A stretch of DNA of 64,000 nt from Bacteroidota bacterium. Lineage in GTDB: Bacteria > Bacteroidota > Bacteroidia > Bacteroidales > GCA-2748055. Every line of letters starts with the position of its first letter. Within the stretch, counting starts at the first letter, position 1. This document shows positions 28,027 through 36,381 of the stretch, in pieces. The position numbers and the translations under genes are program-made. The notes below the pieces were generated by a model. The model saw only the letters and a program-made list of their open reading frames with translations. It had not been told where the DNA came from and did no database searches. The stretch covers positions 9,995 through 73,994 of the forward strand of contig JBNJEV010000011.1 in NCBI GenBank assembly GCA_051746185.1. Direction: 5' to 3'.

Positions 28027-28104
28027 TTCTGGTTGAACAGTAATAGTTCAGGTTGAACAGTAATAGTTCAGGTTGAAGAGCAATAGTTCAGGATGAGAAG
28101 TAAC
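28005..28104. repeat. 20-bp tandem array, 5 units (consensus agttcaggttgaacagtaat)
   Basis: Read directly in 20-nt register: cgttcaggatgaagagcaat / agttctggttgaacagtaat / agttcaggttgaacagtaat / agttcaggttgaagagcaat / agttcaggatgagaagtaac. Unit 1 contains the last lptC codons and the first base of its TAG stop (28024-28026). Unit 5 contains the ATG at 28093. Confidence 0.95.
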
Positions 28105-28278
28105 ATTTCCGGCATATTCGAGGTTATCTGGTTTGTCCTGGGCGGACTGATGCTTTTCATCGCGGTGGATGTTACCTTCAGTGATGGTTTCGGTGAGAGC
28201 TGGTATTACTATATTTTTGCCATCCTCGCCTTTATCATGTACTTTTTCAGAAGAAGGATGCGGCTCACACGACGTTAA
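28093..28278 (+). CDS. Small (61-aa) two-TM membrane protein, hypothetical
   Basis: It has two hydrophobic helices (IFEVIWFVLGGLMLFIAV; YYIFAILAFIMYFF) and a basic tail RRRMRLTRR. The stop is 3 nt before the next gene's ATG, suggesting translational coupling. No recognised family. Confidence 0.4.
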   Translation: MRSNISGIFEVIWFVLGGLMLFIAVDVTFSDGFGESWYYYIFAILAFIMYFFRRRMRLTRR

Positions 28279-28281
28279 CCC

Positions 28282-29550
28282 ATGTCTTATTCCATCATTA
28301 TTCTGGTCTCCATCCTTTTCTCCGGCTTTTTTTCGGGTATGGAGATCGCTTTTGTTTCTTCCAACAAACTCCGCATCGAGATCGACAAAAAGCAGGGGAA
28401 GTACTTCGCCCCCATTATCAGCTATTTCACCCTGCGTCCTGCCAGGTTTATTGCCACCATGCTGGTCGGGAACACCCTTTCCCTGGTGATCTACGGGATT
28501 GCTTTCGCCAGGCTTCTTGAGCAGCCCATTGAGAACCTGCTGGCGACCGATTCCCGGGTGATCGTGCTGCTGGTACAGACACTGATCTCAACCCTGATCA
28601 TTCTGCTCACTGCAGAGTTCCTTCCAAAAACCCTTTTCAGACTGAATCCCAACAATCTGCTTCGGTTGCTCAGTGTACCCATTCTGGTCTTTTACATCAT
28701 TCTCTATCCCATCACCCTTCTGACCATCAGTATTTCAAACTTCACCATGCGGCACCTGCTCCGGGTGATCCCCGATACCAAAAGTGTGGAACCGGTTTTC
28801 ACCAAGGTGGACCTGGATCATTTCCTCACTAGCCTGCAGCCAGAAGAGGAAAGCAACCGGGAGGCACTGGAAGATCTGAGAATTTTCAAGAATGCCCTGG
28901 AGTTTTCCCGGCTGAGGGTACGGGACTGCATGATTCCCCGTCCGGATATGATCGCCCTGGAAAGCCATACCGGCGTAAACGAACTAAGAAAAAAATTCAT
29001 TGAGACCGGCCTGAGCAGGATCCTCATTTACGATGAACACATCGATAACATCACCGGTTATGTGAATTCAAAGGACCTGTTCAAAAGGCCCGATAAGATC
29101 AGGTCGCAATTGATCCCCATCCAGTATGTTCCTGAAACACTTCCCGTGAACAAACTGCTGACCGCTTTCATCAAAGAGGGAAAAAGCATCGCAGTGGTGG
29201 TGGATGAGTTCGGGGGGACTTCGGGGGTGATCACCACAGAAGATATCATCGAGGAGATCTTCGGTGAGATTCAGGACGAACATGACACCAGCGACCTGGT
29301 TGAAAACAAGCTGGACGATACCAGGTTCCTGTTCTCAGGAAGACTGGAGATTGATTATCTGAATGAGAAATATCTCCTGGGCATTCCGGAATCGGAAGAA
29401 TATGATACCCTGGCCGGTTATATCATTTACCACTACGAAAGTATCCCTGAAAAAGGGGTATCCGCAACAATCGATAATTTCCAGATCACCGTGACCGGCA
29501 TGAGTTCAAACCGCATTGAACAGGTGGAACTGAAACTGATCCATACCTGA
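28282..29550 (+). CDS. CNNM/DUF21-CBS-CorC hemolysin-family membrane protein (GldE-like)
   Basis: 422 aa. It has an N-terminal DUF21 TM domain (FFSGMEIAFVSSN), a CBS pair and a CorC_HlyC C-terminus (…GYIIYHYESIPEKG…). Confidence 0.85.
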   Translation: MSYSIIILVSILFSGFFSGMEIAFVSSNKLRIEIDKKQGKYFAPIISYFTLRPARFIATMLVGNTLSLVIYGIAFARLLEQPIENLLATDSRVIVLLVQTLISTLIILLTAEFLPKTLFRLNPNNLLRLLSVPILVFYIILYPITLLTISISNFTMRHLLRVIPDTKSVEPVFTKVDLDHFLTSLQPEEESNREALEDLRIFKNALEFSRLRVRDCMIPRPDMIALESHTGVNELRKKFIETGLSRILIYDEHIDNITGYVNSKDLFKRPDKIRSQLIPIQYVPETLPVNKLLTAFIKEGKSIAVVVDEFGGTSGVITTEDIIEEIFGEIQDEHDTSDLVENKLDDTRFLFSGRLEIDYLNEKYLLGIPESEEYDTLAGYIIYHYESIPEKGVSATIDNFQITVTGMSSNRIEQVELKLIHT

Positions 29551-29580
29551 CAGGAACCGTTTCATACCAGACCCCATGCC

Positions 29581-29666
29581 TGGCAGGAGCCGATCCATTC
29601 TGGCAGGAGCCGATCCATTCTGGCAGGAGCCGATCCATTCTGGCAGGAGCCGATCCATTCTGGCAG
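29581..29666. repeat. Perfect 20-bp tandem repeat x4 (tggcaggagccgatccattc) plus a partial fifth unit
   Basis: Read directly: 29581-29660 is four identical units, followed by tggcag. A degenerate copy tgacaggaaccgtttcatac at 29548-29567 contains the stop codon of the upstream gene. Confidence 0.95.
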
Positions 29667-29755
29667 ATAAATTTTTGCCTGTTACGTCTTTAATAAACCT
29701 CTAAATATTACTATATTCGTACGCTCAAAAATAGATATTTAATCAATTTTGACAG

Positions 29756-31912
29756 ATGGCAACATTACAGAATATTAGGAACAGGGCGGGATTACTGGTT
29801 GCGATTGTGATTGGACTGGCACTTTTTGCCTTCATCCTCGGTGATATGCTGGGATCGGGCACGACCGTCTTTAACAAAAGGACGGTGGCCGAGATCCGGG
29901 GCAAAGCTATCGGGGTCTCAGAATATATGGAACATGAGCAAAGATTACGTGAATTCTACCAACTCAATGCAGATGGGCAGTCACTGGATGCAGAAATGGA
30001 AAGACAGATCCAGACGGAGACCTGGAGAAGGCTGGTCAGGCAAACCGTGATGGATCATTCTTACCAGGACCTGGGGGTTCATGTAAGTACAGATGAGCTG
30101 AAGACCATGATCACGGGCGACCAGTTTATGGCCAAGAGCGGAAGCCCGGAATTCGCTGAGCCCCATCCCATTGTGAGGCAAATGTTCTCCAATCCGGAAA
30201 CCGGGTTGCTCAACCGCGAGGTCATGACCAATTATTTCAATGCACTGGATAACCCGCAGTTTGCGCAGGAAAAGAGAAGATGGCTGTTCATTGAACAGGA
30301 GATCGTCAATGAAAAGATGAGCCAGAAGTATTTCAACATGGTAAAACAGGGGATTCAGCCTTCGTCGTTCGATCTGAAAAACCACATCACCGAGACAGGA
30401 ACAAGTGTTGATTTCACCTACCTCAGTAAACCTTATTCATCCATATCGGATGAAGAGATCACCTACACCGAGTCTGATCTGAAACAGTATTACCGTTCAC
30501 ACAGGGAGCTTTACAGGCAGGAAGCTTCCAGATCCTTTCAGTACGTGGCCTTCGAAGTGGAGCCCAGTGAAAAAGACATAGAATACGCCAGGCTGTGGAC
30601 CGCCCAGACCAAAGCAGAGTTCTCCCGGATCGAAAATAACCGGGTGCCCGGGTATGTGAATGGCACTTCCGATGAGCCATTCAATCCCCGTTACTACAGC
30701 TATGAAGAAGTCCCGGAGATCATCCGCGATTCGGTATTAGATGCATCCACCGGTGAGGTATTCGGACCTTACAGGGATGAAGATGCTTTTAAACTGACCC
30801 GGTTTCACGATGTAAAGATGCGGCCCGATTCGGTCCGGGCAAGGCATATCCTGCTCTCTCCGCAGGCAACCCAGGCCACCAAAGAAGAACTGCTCAGTCT
30901 GGCCGACAGCCTGAAAGGTGTCATTGAGCGCGGAGGAAATTTCAGCGAGATCGCAATGCAATACTCAGCTGACGAGAGCAACAGGGCCATCGGGGGAGAT
31001 CTGGGATGGTTCGGCGAAGAAACAATGGCCGCTGGATTCAACGATGCGTGTTTCAAGAACCAGACAGGAGATGTGGTTATCGCGGAAACCAATTTCGGAA
31101 TTCACATCATCAGGATTGAGAATCAGAGCAGACCTGTTCGCAAAGTACAGCTGGCTACCATTGTCAGAAATATCTACGCCAGTGATGAGACTAACCAGGA
31201 TTACTACAATCGTGCTGTCAAATTCAGGGGCAAAGCCACCAACCTTGAAAAATTCACCGAACAGGCACGTGAATTCGGACTGGATCCGCGTTTTGCTCCC
31301 AACATTACCAAAGATCAGCAATCCATACCCGGAATCGAGCAACCCATTCCCATCATCAAATGGGCCTTCACTTCTGATGTGAACAGGGTGAGCAACATCT
31401 TCAGTCAGAGCGATGACAAATACATTGTCGCTGTACTTACAGAAGCCAAGGAAGAAGGTTATGCAACTCTCGATGATATCCGGCCCGAGATCGTGAATGA
31501 AGTCAAAAAGCAGAAGAAGGCAGAGAAATTGTCACAGCAGCTGAATGAACAGCTGGCGGGCATTTCGGACCTGAGCCAGTATGACGCAGGGAACCGGGAG
31601 AACCTGGGAGAAGCCACCCAGGTGAAATTTTCCAATACCTATGTCTCGGGAATCGGGCTTGAACCGTATATTGTGGGTGCGGCCATGCAACTTCCATTGA
31701 ATGAGATCTCTGAGCCCCTGGCAGGGGAAAGCGGTGTGTTCGTGATATCGGTATCCGATCGGACGGTACCCGAAATCCCTGAAGAAATCGACCCGGCAAT
31801 CATTTCAAGGCTCACCTATACCCTGGAATCCAGGAGTAATTCCGAAGCCTATAATGCACTTCTGGAGGCCGCAGATGTTGAGGACTACCGCCTGGATATC
31901 TTCTATAACTAG
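29756..31912 (+). CDS. Membrane-anchored periplasmic chaperone / peptidyl-prolyl isomerase (PpiD/SurA-like)
   Basis: 718 aa. The N-terminal anchor is MATLQNIRNRAGLLVAIVIGLALFAFILGD. A parvulin PPIase block is present (ARHILL…FSEIAMQYSADESNRAIGGDLGWFGEETMAAGFNDACF). Confidence 0.8.
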   Translation: MATLQNIRNRAGLLVAIVIGLALFAFILGDMLGSGTTVFNKRTVAEIRGKAIGVSEYMEHEQRLREFYQLNADGQSLDAEMERQIQTETWRRLVRQTVMDHSYQDLGVHVSTDELKTMITGDQFMAKSGSPEFAEPHPIVRQMFSNPETGLLNREVMTNYFNALDNPQFAQEKRRWLFIEQEIVNEKMSQKYFNMVKQGIQPSSFDLKNHITETGTSVDFTYLSKPYSSISDEEITYTESDLKQYYRSHRELYRQEASRSFQYVAFEVEPSEKDIEYARLWTAQTKAEFSRIENNRVPGYVNGTSDEPFNPRYYSYEEVPEIIRDSVLDASTGEVFGPYRDEDAFKLTRFHDVKMRPDSVRARHILLSPQATQATKEELLSLADSLKGVIERGGNFSEIAMQYSADESNRAIGGDLGWFGEETMAAGFNDACFKNQTGDVVIAETNFGIHIIRIENQSRPVRKVQLATIVRNIYASDETNQDYYNRAVKFRGKATNLEKFTEQAREFGLDPRFAPNITKDQQSIPGIEQPIPIIKWAFTSDVNRVSNIFSQSDDKYIVAVLTEAKEEGYATLDDIRPEIVNEVKKQKKAEKLSQQLNEQLAGISDLSQYDAGNRENLGEATQVKFSNTYVSGIGLEPYIVGAAMQLPLNEISEPLAGESGVFVISVSDRTVPEIPEEIDPAIISRLTYTLESRSNSEAYNALLEAADVEDYRLDIFYN

Positions 31913-31982
31913 GCAGCACCCTCCGGCCGCTCTTCAGCGACGATCCTGTAGTTCATATTCCTGACGGGATTTTCAACGTGGT

Positions 31983-32137
31983 GGTCGGGACCATGTAACG
32001 TTGTTTCGGGATTGCGGGTCGGGACCATGTAACTCCCTTCGGTCCGTTACATAGTGTCCCTCTCCCGCAATCCCTCCACTCTCCTCCTCTTCAATCCGTT
32101 CCCACTGGGTGAAATGGTGTCCCTTCTCCGTAATCTC
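31983..32137. repeat. Composite nested palindromic element, copy A
   Basis: The inner hairpin at 32007-32073 is gggattgcggg-tc-gggac-c-atgtaac / gttacat-agt-gtccc-tct-cccgcaatccc, about 23 bp of stem. A partial outer left arm gtcgggaccatgtaac lies at 31983-31998. A degenerate outer right arm gtgtcccttctccgtaatctcc lies at ~32116-32137. Confidence 0.75.
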
Positions 32138-32630
32138 CTAGTAAACAGGTGCTTGAGGGGTAACAATGTGGCTGCAGCTGTCTACGCTGGATTCCGAAGT
32201 CGATGATGATCCCTTCGCTGACATCCTGAAAGTGATGCATCAAAAGAAAAAACCGAAAAATCTCGGTATCGTCATTTCGGTACTTTGCCACTTAATAATC
32301 TTCTTAATTCTTCTTAATTCTGTTAGTTTTTCAAAACTCATTCTCTTTTTTGGATGCCTTGTATGTGATTGAATACAAGTCTTATGGAAAAAAGGAATAA
32401 GAATATCCAGAGATCAGCGACTTAATAAGTTTGTTAAGAATTAATAACTTTATTAAGTCTGCTTTTCCCGAAATGGGATACCGGTAAAAAATATGCAACC
32501 CGTCAGGCGGTACGTATCACATGTGTTGTCGCGCTCCTGTGATCCCATTGAGTGGTGAGGGACCTGAATTGTGATGAACCTGAATGGTGCTTTTGGACTG
32601 CAGATCGGACCATATCCCTCCCTGTGTTTC

Positions 32631-32769
32631 AGGATTGCGGGTCGGGACCATGTCGCTGGGTTACGGGATTGCGGGTCGGGACTATGTAACTCCCTCCGGT
32701 CCGTTACATAGTGTCCCTCCTCCGCAATCCCTCCACCCGGGGAAAATCGCGTCCCTCTCCCGCAATCCC
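32631..32769. repeat. Composite nested palindromic element, copy B (same orientation as copy A)
   Basis: The outer arms are aggattgcgggtcgggaccatgt (32631-32653) and gtccctctcccgcaatccc (32751-32769). The inner hairpin at 32665-32731 is nearly identical to copy A (about 74 of 78 positions by eye). Confidence 0.8.
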
Positions 32770-32826
32770 TTCAAGTATACGCGTTTACAGGGAATCGATG
32801 AGCCTGCAGGTGCCTGAGCCGGTACT

Positions 32827-34269
32827 TCAGTCCACGTTGTCGTGGAGGTAGGAGTTGTCATTGCGGAGTTTGGGGCCGCTTTCCTCTCCTTCCTCCTCAT
32901 CGGTGAGGCGATATCGGGAAACCTCCTCGTCATCCGAATGTTTCTGCCGGTCGATAATGACCTTCTTCCGGATGTAGGCAGGTACGTTTTCCATTTCCTC
33001 GATCTCATCATCCCTGGAACCGGTTGTGTACCCCTGCTGTTTCAGCTTCTCGTGTGTTTTCTTCAGGCTTCGCACCCGGTCGGCCATCTTTTTCTCATTC
33101 TCCTTCTGGCCTGATTCCTTCCGGTGGTCCATCAAAACATATTCTTCCGGATTTTCTCCGTCCTTCACGTCAAATCTTAGGGAGGCCTGATGGGCGTTTA
33201 CACCTGGATGCATCTTTTTCTCATGTTCACGCTCCGGATCGGCATCCCGCAGGGGGACAATGTGCTTTTCTTTTTTCCCCACATAGATCTCCGGAATGCT
33301 GTTCATCTTGAAACCGGTGGCAATGATGGTCACACTGATCTCCTCTCCCAGGCTTTTATCCTGGCCCAGACCCCAGATCAGGGTGGTTTCACGGGAAGCC
33401 GCACCAACCACATAATCGGTAATCTCTGATATCTCGTCCATAGTGATTTCCTCGCTCCCGGAGGTAATATTCAGAAGAACGCTCCGGGCCCCGATAATGT
33501 CATTGTTGTTAAGCAGGGGGGAAGTAAGGGCAGCCTTGATGGCTTCCCGGGCGCGGTTTTCGCCGGAAGCCGTGGCAGATCCCATGATGGCCACACCACT
33601 GTTGATCATGACGGTCTCCACATCGGCAAAATCCACATTGATGTATCCGTGCACGGTGATAATCTCGGCAATTCCCCGGGCGGCAATGGCCAGCACATTA
33701 TCAGCCTTATCAAAGGCATTGCTCACCTTCAGGTTCCCGTAGATCTCACGGAGCTTTTCATTGTTGATCACCAGCAATGAGTCCACATGGTCCTTCAGTT
33801 CATTGATCCCTTTGATGGCCTGGTCGATACGCTCAGGTCCCTCGAACCGGAAAGGAATGGTGACTATGGCAACGGTAAGTATTCCCATTTCCTTTGAGAC
33901 TCGAGCAATCACCGGAGCGGCGCCGGTACCGGTTCCCCCGCCCATGCCCGCGGTAATGAACACCATGTTTGTATTGCTGGAAAGCACTTCCTTGATCCGG
34001 TCAAGGCTTTCCATGGCTGCTTCCCTGCCAATATCAGCCTTGCTCCCTGCCCCTCTTCCTTCAGTCAGGACATCCCCCAGCTGTACTTTTACCGACACAG
34101 GACTGTTGTGCAAAGCCTGCGCATCGGTGTTACAAACCACGAAGTTCACATCCTTGATGCCTTTACTGTACATATGGTTCACCGCATTGCTGCCTCCTCC
34201 TCCCACACCGATCACTTTAATGATGGATGATCGCTCGGGCGGCAGGTCGAAATTCATAAGATCTTCCAT
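32827..34269 (-). CDS. ftsZ: Cell division GTPase FtsZ
   Basis: 480 aa. It has IKVIGVGGGGSNAVNHM and the tubulin signature GGGTGTGAAPVIA. The C-terminal peptide VPAYIRKK is followed by a Bacteroidota-type tail ending YLHDNVD. Confidence 0.95.
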   Translation of the reverse strand: MEDLMNFDLPPERSSIIKVIGVGGGGSNAVNHMYSKGIKDVNFVVCNTDAQALHNSPVSVKVQLGDVLTEGRGAGSKADIGREAAMESLDRIKEVLSSNTNMVFITAGMGGGTGTGAAPVIARVSKEMGILTVAIVTIPFRFEGPERIDQAIKGINELKDHVDSLLVINNEKLREIYGNLKVSNAFDKADNVLAIAARGIAEIITVHGYINVDFADVETVMINSGVAIMGSATASGENRAREAIKAALTSPLLNNNDIIGARSVLLNITSGSEEITMDEISEITDYVVGAASRETTLIWGLGQDKSLGEEISVTIIATGFKMNSIPEIYVGKKEKHIVPLRDADPEREHEKKMHPGVNAHQASLRFDVKDGENPEEYVLMDHRKESGQKENEKKMADRVRSLKKTHEKLKQQGYTTGSRDDEIEEMENVPAYIRKKVIIDRQKHSDDEEVSRYRLTDEEEGEESGPKLRNDNSYLHDNVD

Positions 34270-34283
34270 GGTGTTCTTTTTTA

Positions 34284-35606
34284 CTACATTTTTACGTCAC
34301 TCTCATCGAAAATGTCGCTGAGGGTATTTTTCAGACTTTCCAGGATCTTTCCTTTCCTGGTAGCTTTCCTGTTCTTGCTCCTGGTCTCACCTTCTTCAAG
34401 ATCTTCCCCCTGGTCGATCTCTTCCACCACCATTTCTTCCTGCTTCTCCTCATAAAATTCGAGACCTTTCAGCAACAGTCCGACCGAGGTGGAGAACATG
34501 GGCTGATTTACCTCATCGGGAGTATCAGCAGCCAGTCTTTCACTGGGAAAGCCCACACGCACATCCATCCCGGTCTTAAACTTTACAAGCTGGTTCAGGT
34601 GTTTCAGCATGGCCCCTCCTCCGGTCAGTACAATACCCGCACTCAGATGATCCATATAACCTGAATTCTCGATCTCATAGATGACCGCATCAATGATCTC
34701 TTCCATCCTTGACTGGATGATATAGGCCAGGCTCCGGAAGCTGATCTCCTTGGGATCACGGCCGGAAATGCCGGGGATGGTCACAACCTTATCCTCCTGG
34801 GCAAGATCCCCCAGGGCCGAACCGAACTGGATCTTGAGTGATTCGGCCTGGCGCTGAAGGATGGCACATCCTTCCTTGATGTCTCTGGTGATCACATTGC
34901 CACCGAACGGGATCACCGCCGTGTGCCTGATCACATCGTCATAATACACGGCAACATCGGTGGTACCGCCCCCGATGTCCACCAGGGCAACACCCGCCTC
35001 TTTTTCATCTTCTGTAAGGACGGCAGCACTGGAGGCCAGGGGTTCCAGCACCAGCTGTTTCACATCCAGTCCCACCCGGTTGATGCATTTTCCAATATTC
35101 CGGGCCGAAGAGATCTGTCCGATCACAATATGGAAATTGGCCTCCAGGCGTTTACCGAACATGCCCACCGGATTCTTTACCCCGGTCTCGTTATCCACAA
35201 TATAGCTCTGGGGCAGGACATGGATGATCTCTTCTCCCACATCCACCGGGATCTTGTACATGTCATCGATCAGTTTTTTCAGATCCTCCCGGATGATCTC
35301 TTGATCATAGGCATCCCGGTTGATATATCCCCTGTTGCGGACTGATTTGATATGCTGCCCGGCAATGCCCACAAATACTTCGCTGAACCTGATACCGGAT
35401 TGATCCATTGCTTCAGCGGAGGTGGTCTGTATCGCGTTGACGGTCTCCTCGATATTGAGTACCACCCCGCGTTTGACTCCTTTAGAAGCTGTCTGGCTGA
35501 TACCCAGCACCTCGAGCCGCCCCTGGTCGTTCAATCGACCCACCAGGCTGACGATCTTGGTGGTGCCGATATCCACCGCAGCTACGATTTTTTCATGATT
35601 AGCCAT
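34284..35606 (-). CDS. ftsA: Cell division protein FtsA
   Basis: 440 aa with an actin-like ATPase fold (VAAVDIGTTKIV…, VALVDIGGGTTDVAVY). It sits between ftsQ and ftsZ. Confidence 0.95.
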   Translation of the reverse strand: MANHEKIVAAVDIGTTKIVSLVGRLNDQGRLEVLGISQTASKGVKRGVVLNIEETVNAIQTTSAEAMDQSGIRFSEVFVGIAGQHIKSVRNRGYINRDAYDQEIIREDLKKLIDDMYKIPVDVGEEIIHVLPQSYIVDNETGVKNPVGMFGKRLEANFHIVIGQISSARNIGKCINRVGLDVKQLVLEPLASSAAVLTEDEKEAGVALVDIGGGTTDVAVYYDDVIRHTAVIPFGGNVITRDIKEGCAILQRQAESLKIQFGSALGDLAQEDKVVTIPGISGRDPKEISFRSLAYIIQSRMEEIIDAVIYEIENSGYMDHLSAGIVLTGGGAMLKHLNQLVKFKTGMDVRVGFPSERLAADTPDEVNQPMFSTSVGLLLKGLEFYEEKQEEMVVEEIDQGEDLEEGETRSKNRKATRKGKILESLKNTLSDIFDESDVKM

Positions 35607-35610
35607 AGTC

Positions 35611-36381
35611 TTAACGTTTTGTACAAATTACCTGATTTGAATATTTTAAATTGATCTGTTCATACGTGTTCCAGCCATACCTGGAAAATCCCTGACGGTA
35701 AAGCAGCTCCAGATTTTTCAGCTTTTTCTGCCATTGTTCCATTTCGCCCAGCAGGATATGATGGGCCCCCACCCGCGGGATCAGTTCATACTCTGTTTTT
35801 TCGTTCACATAGATCTGTACGATCTGGTCGTTCCAGAAAGGATGGCTGTCAAGATATCTGGCGAACCGGTAGATCTCCTCCAATCTTCCTTCCACTGTCC
35901 GGCTTTCTCCGGGTGAGGGAATGTTCCCAGTCGCCAGAATGATCAGCGGGGTAAAGCGCTCCGAAAGCGGCATGACCGTTCCTTCCCGGTCCAGATAGAA
36001 ACCTTCCCTGCCACCGGGCATGATCCTGATCAAAGGATCCCGCTGTTCAATGAATACTTGCAGCGTCCCGGAAATGTCTTTGCTGACCTCTGCATTTCTC
36101 ACATAAGGATTTTTTTCAAGCATTTCTTCCAGGAACCAGGTATTGATCTCCCTCAGCGGATATCCCTGTAATTCCTCGGAAGATGCTTCCAGCATCTCCC
36201 GGATCTCCTCACGGGTCACAAAATGATTTCTTGCCGTATCCGAAAATACCACATCGATGTTCCTGCAGAGTACTTTATCTGACTGGTCGGACACAAATCC
36301 CATGGTCACCGAAAACCATGCGGCGATCAGGATCCATGTCCCTGCCTGTATGATCCAGTGCAATCTTTTCATTTCATCCAC
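35611..36381 (-). CDS. ftsQ: Cell division protein FtsQ
   Basis: 256 aa with a single N-terminal TM (WIIQAGTWILIAAWFSVTMGF) followed by POTRA-like and FtsQ-type domains. It has the conserved position in the dcw cluster. Confidence 0.8.
   Translation of the reverse strand: MDEMKRLHWIIQAGTWILIAAWFSVTMGFVSDQSDKVLCRNIDVVFSDTARNHFVTREEIREMLEASSEELQGYPLREINTWFLEEMLEKNPYVRNAEVSKDISGTLQVFIEQRDPLIRIMPGGREGFYLDREGTVMPLSERFTPLIILATGNIPSPGESRTVEGRLEEIYRFARYLDSHPFWNDQIVQIYVNEKTEYELIPRVGAHHILLGEMEQWQKKLKNLELLYRQGFSRYGWNTYEQINLKYSNQVICTKR

Noticed and set aside
32584-32817. 77-aa ORF (and 32091..32291 on the minus strand) inside the palindromic elements
   Set aside because: These frames exist only because the GC-rich inverted repeats lack stops. 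The same 'peptide' recurs in copy A without an ORF. There is no start context.
32827-33000. Long FtsZ tail after the conserved VPAYIRKK peptide, ending YLHDNVD
   Set aside because: I recall this extension as a usual feature of Bacteroidota FtsZ, so I do not treat it as unusual.
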